Source of the DNA: an uncultured Enterobacteriaceae bacterium
GTDB taxonomy: Bacteria; Pseudomonadota; Gammaproteobacteria; Burkholderiales; SG8-39
Assembly: GCA_964552535.1 (NCBI GenBank)
Contig: CAZKHE010000002.1
Coordinates: 10,711-74,710 of the forward strand
Direction of reading: 5' to 3'
DNA: 64,000 bases
This document shows, one piece after another, positions 63,692 through 64,000 of this stretch; positions within the stretch are counted from its first letter, which is position 1; each line of letters starts with the position of its first letter. A program made the translations under genes and the position numbers. A model generated the notes under the pieces. The model did no database searches. It was given only the letters and a program-made list of their open reading frames with translations, and had not been told where the DNA came from.

Positions 63692-64000
63692 GTGCGCAAG
63701 TCCATCCTCGCCGAGATCGTGCGTCTCGGCTGGCCGGTGTTCATCGCCCAGTTCGCCGTCATGGCGAACGGGCTGATCGACACCGTCATGGCGGGCCGCT
63801 ACGGCACGGAGGATCTCGCCGCGGTCGGCATCGGCGCGAGCATCTACGCGACGCTCTTCATCACGCTGATGGGCGTGCTCTTCGCCGTGACGCCGATCGC
63901 CGCCCAGCTCTACGGGGCCGGACGCCATCACGCCATCGGCGAGGAGGTGCGGCAGAGCGCCTGGCTCGCGCTCGCCCTCGCGCTCGTCTCGTTCCTCGCG
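63692..64000 (+). CDS. MATE efflux transporter (NorM-like), 5' part only
   Basis: Manual translation MRKSILAEIVRLGWPVFIAQ...IDTVMAGRYGTEDLAAVGIG; runs off the right edge. Confidence 0.9.
   Translation, partial: MRKSILAEIVRLGWPVFIAQFAVMANGLIDTVMAGRYGTEDLAAVGIGASIYATLFITLMGVLFAVTPIAAQLYGAGRHHAIGEEVRQSAWLALALALVSFLA

Noticed and set aside
1-64000. tRNA, rRNA, IS/transposase, integrase, prophage, known riboswitch
   Set aside because: None recognised by eye; an Infernal/Rfam and tRNAscan run would be needed to exclude small ncRNAs

Overview
High-GC (roughly 70%) bacterial chromosomal window, most likely a Betaproteobacterium (inferred from three Bug/TctC paralogues plus a relic, and several LysR genes). 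It carries about 85 densely packed accessory, stress, transport and catabolic genes. I found no rRNA, tRNA, CRISPR, transposase or integrase. The standout signal is a family of four dispersed paralogous small secreted proteins (P1 5722-6051, P2 18932-19255, P3 33556-33864, P4 34037-34354). Each has a Sec signal peptide followed by five 15-17 aa repeats of the form [D/E]-F/Y-A-R-G-T-G-G-V-x-P. In all 20 units an Asp/Glu sits exactly 9 residues from the Gly that follows T-G. The paralogues fall into two promoter classes. P1 and P4 share a divergent ECF-sigma-like cassette (reverse TGTAACC-N16-CGAAGCC; forward xGxAACC-N16/17-CGTACT); a similar forward site precedes a catalase-like gene that lacks the distal His and is frameshifted. 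P2 and P3 share a colinear 108-bp LysR-type activated promoter. No maturation enzyme is encoded in the window, so a multi-core RiPP or metal-stress peptide role is a hypothesis only. Other notable items: a CueR-type box before a His-rich DUF4396 gene, an ECF42-type promoter before a DGPF/YciI gene, a tandem-duplicated HEXXH domain protein with one degenerate copy, a 640-bp scar holding three gene relics, and a perfect hairpin over the PaiB start codon.
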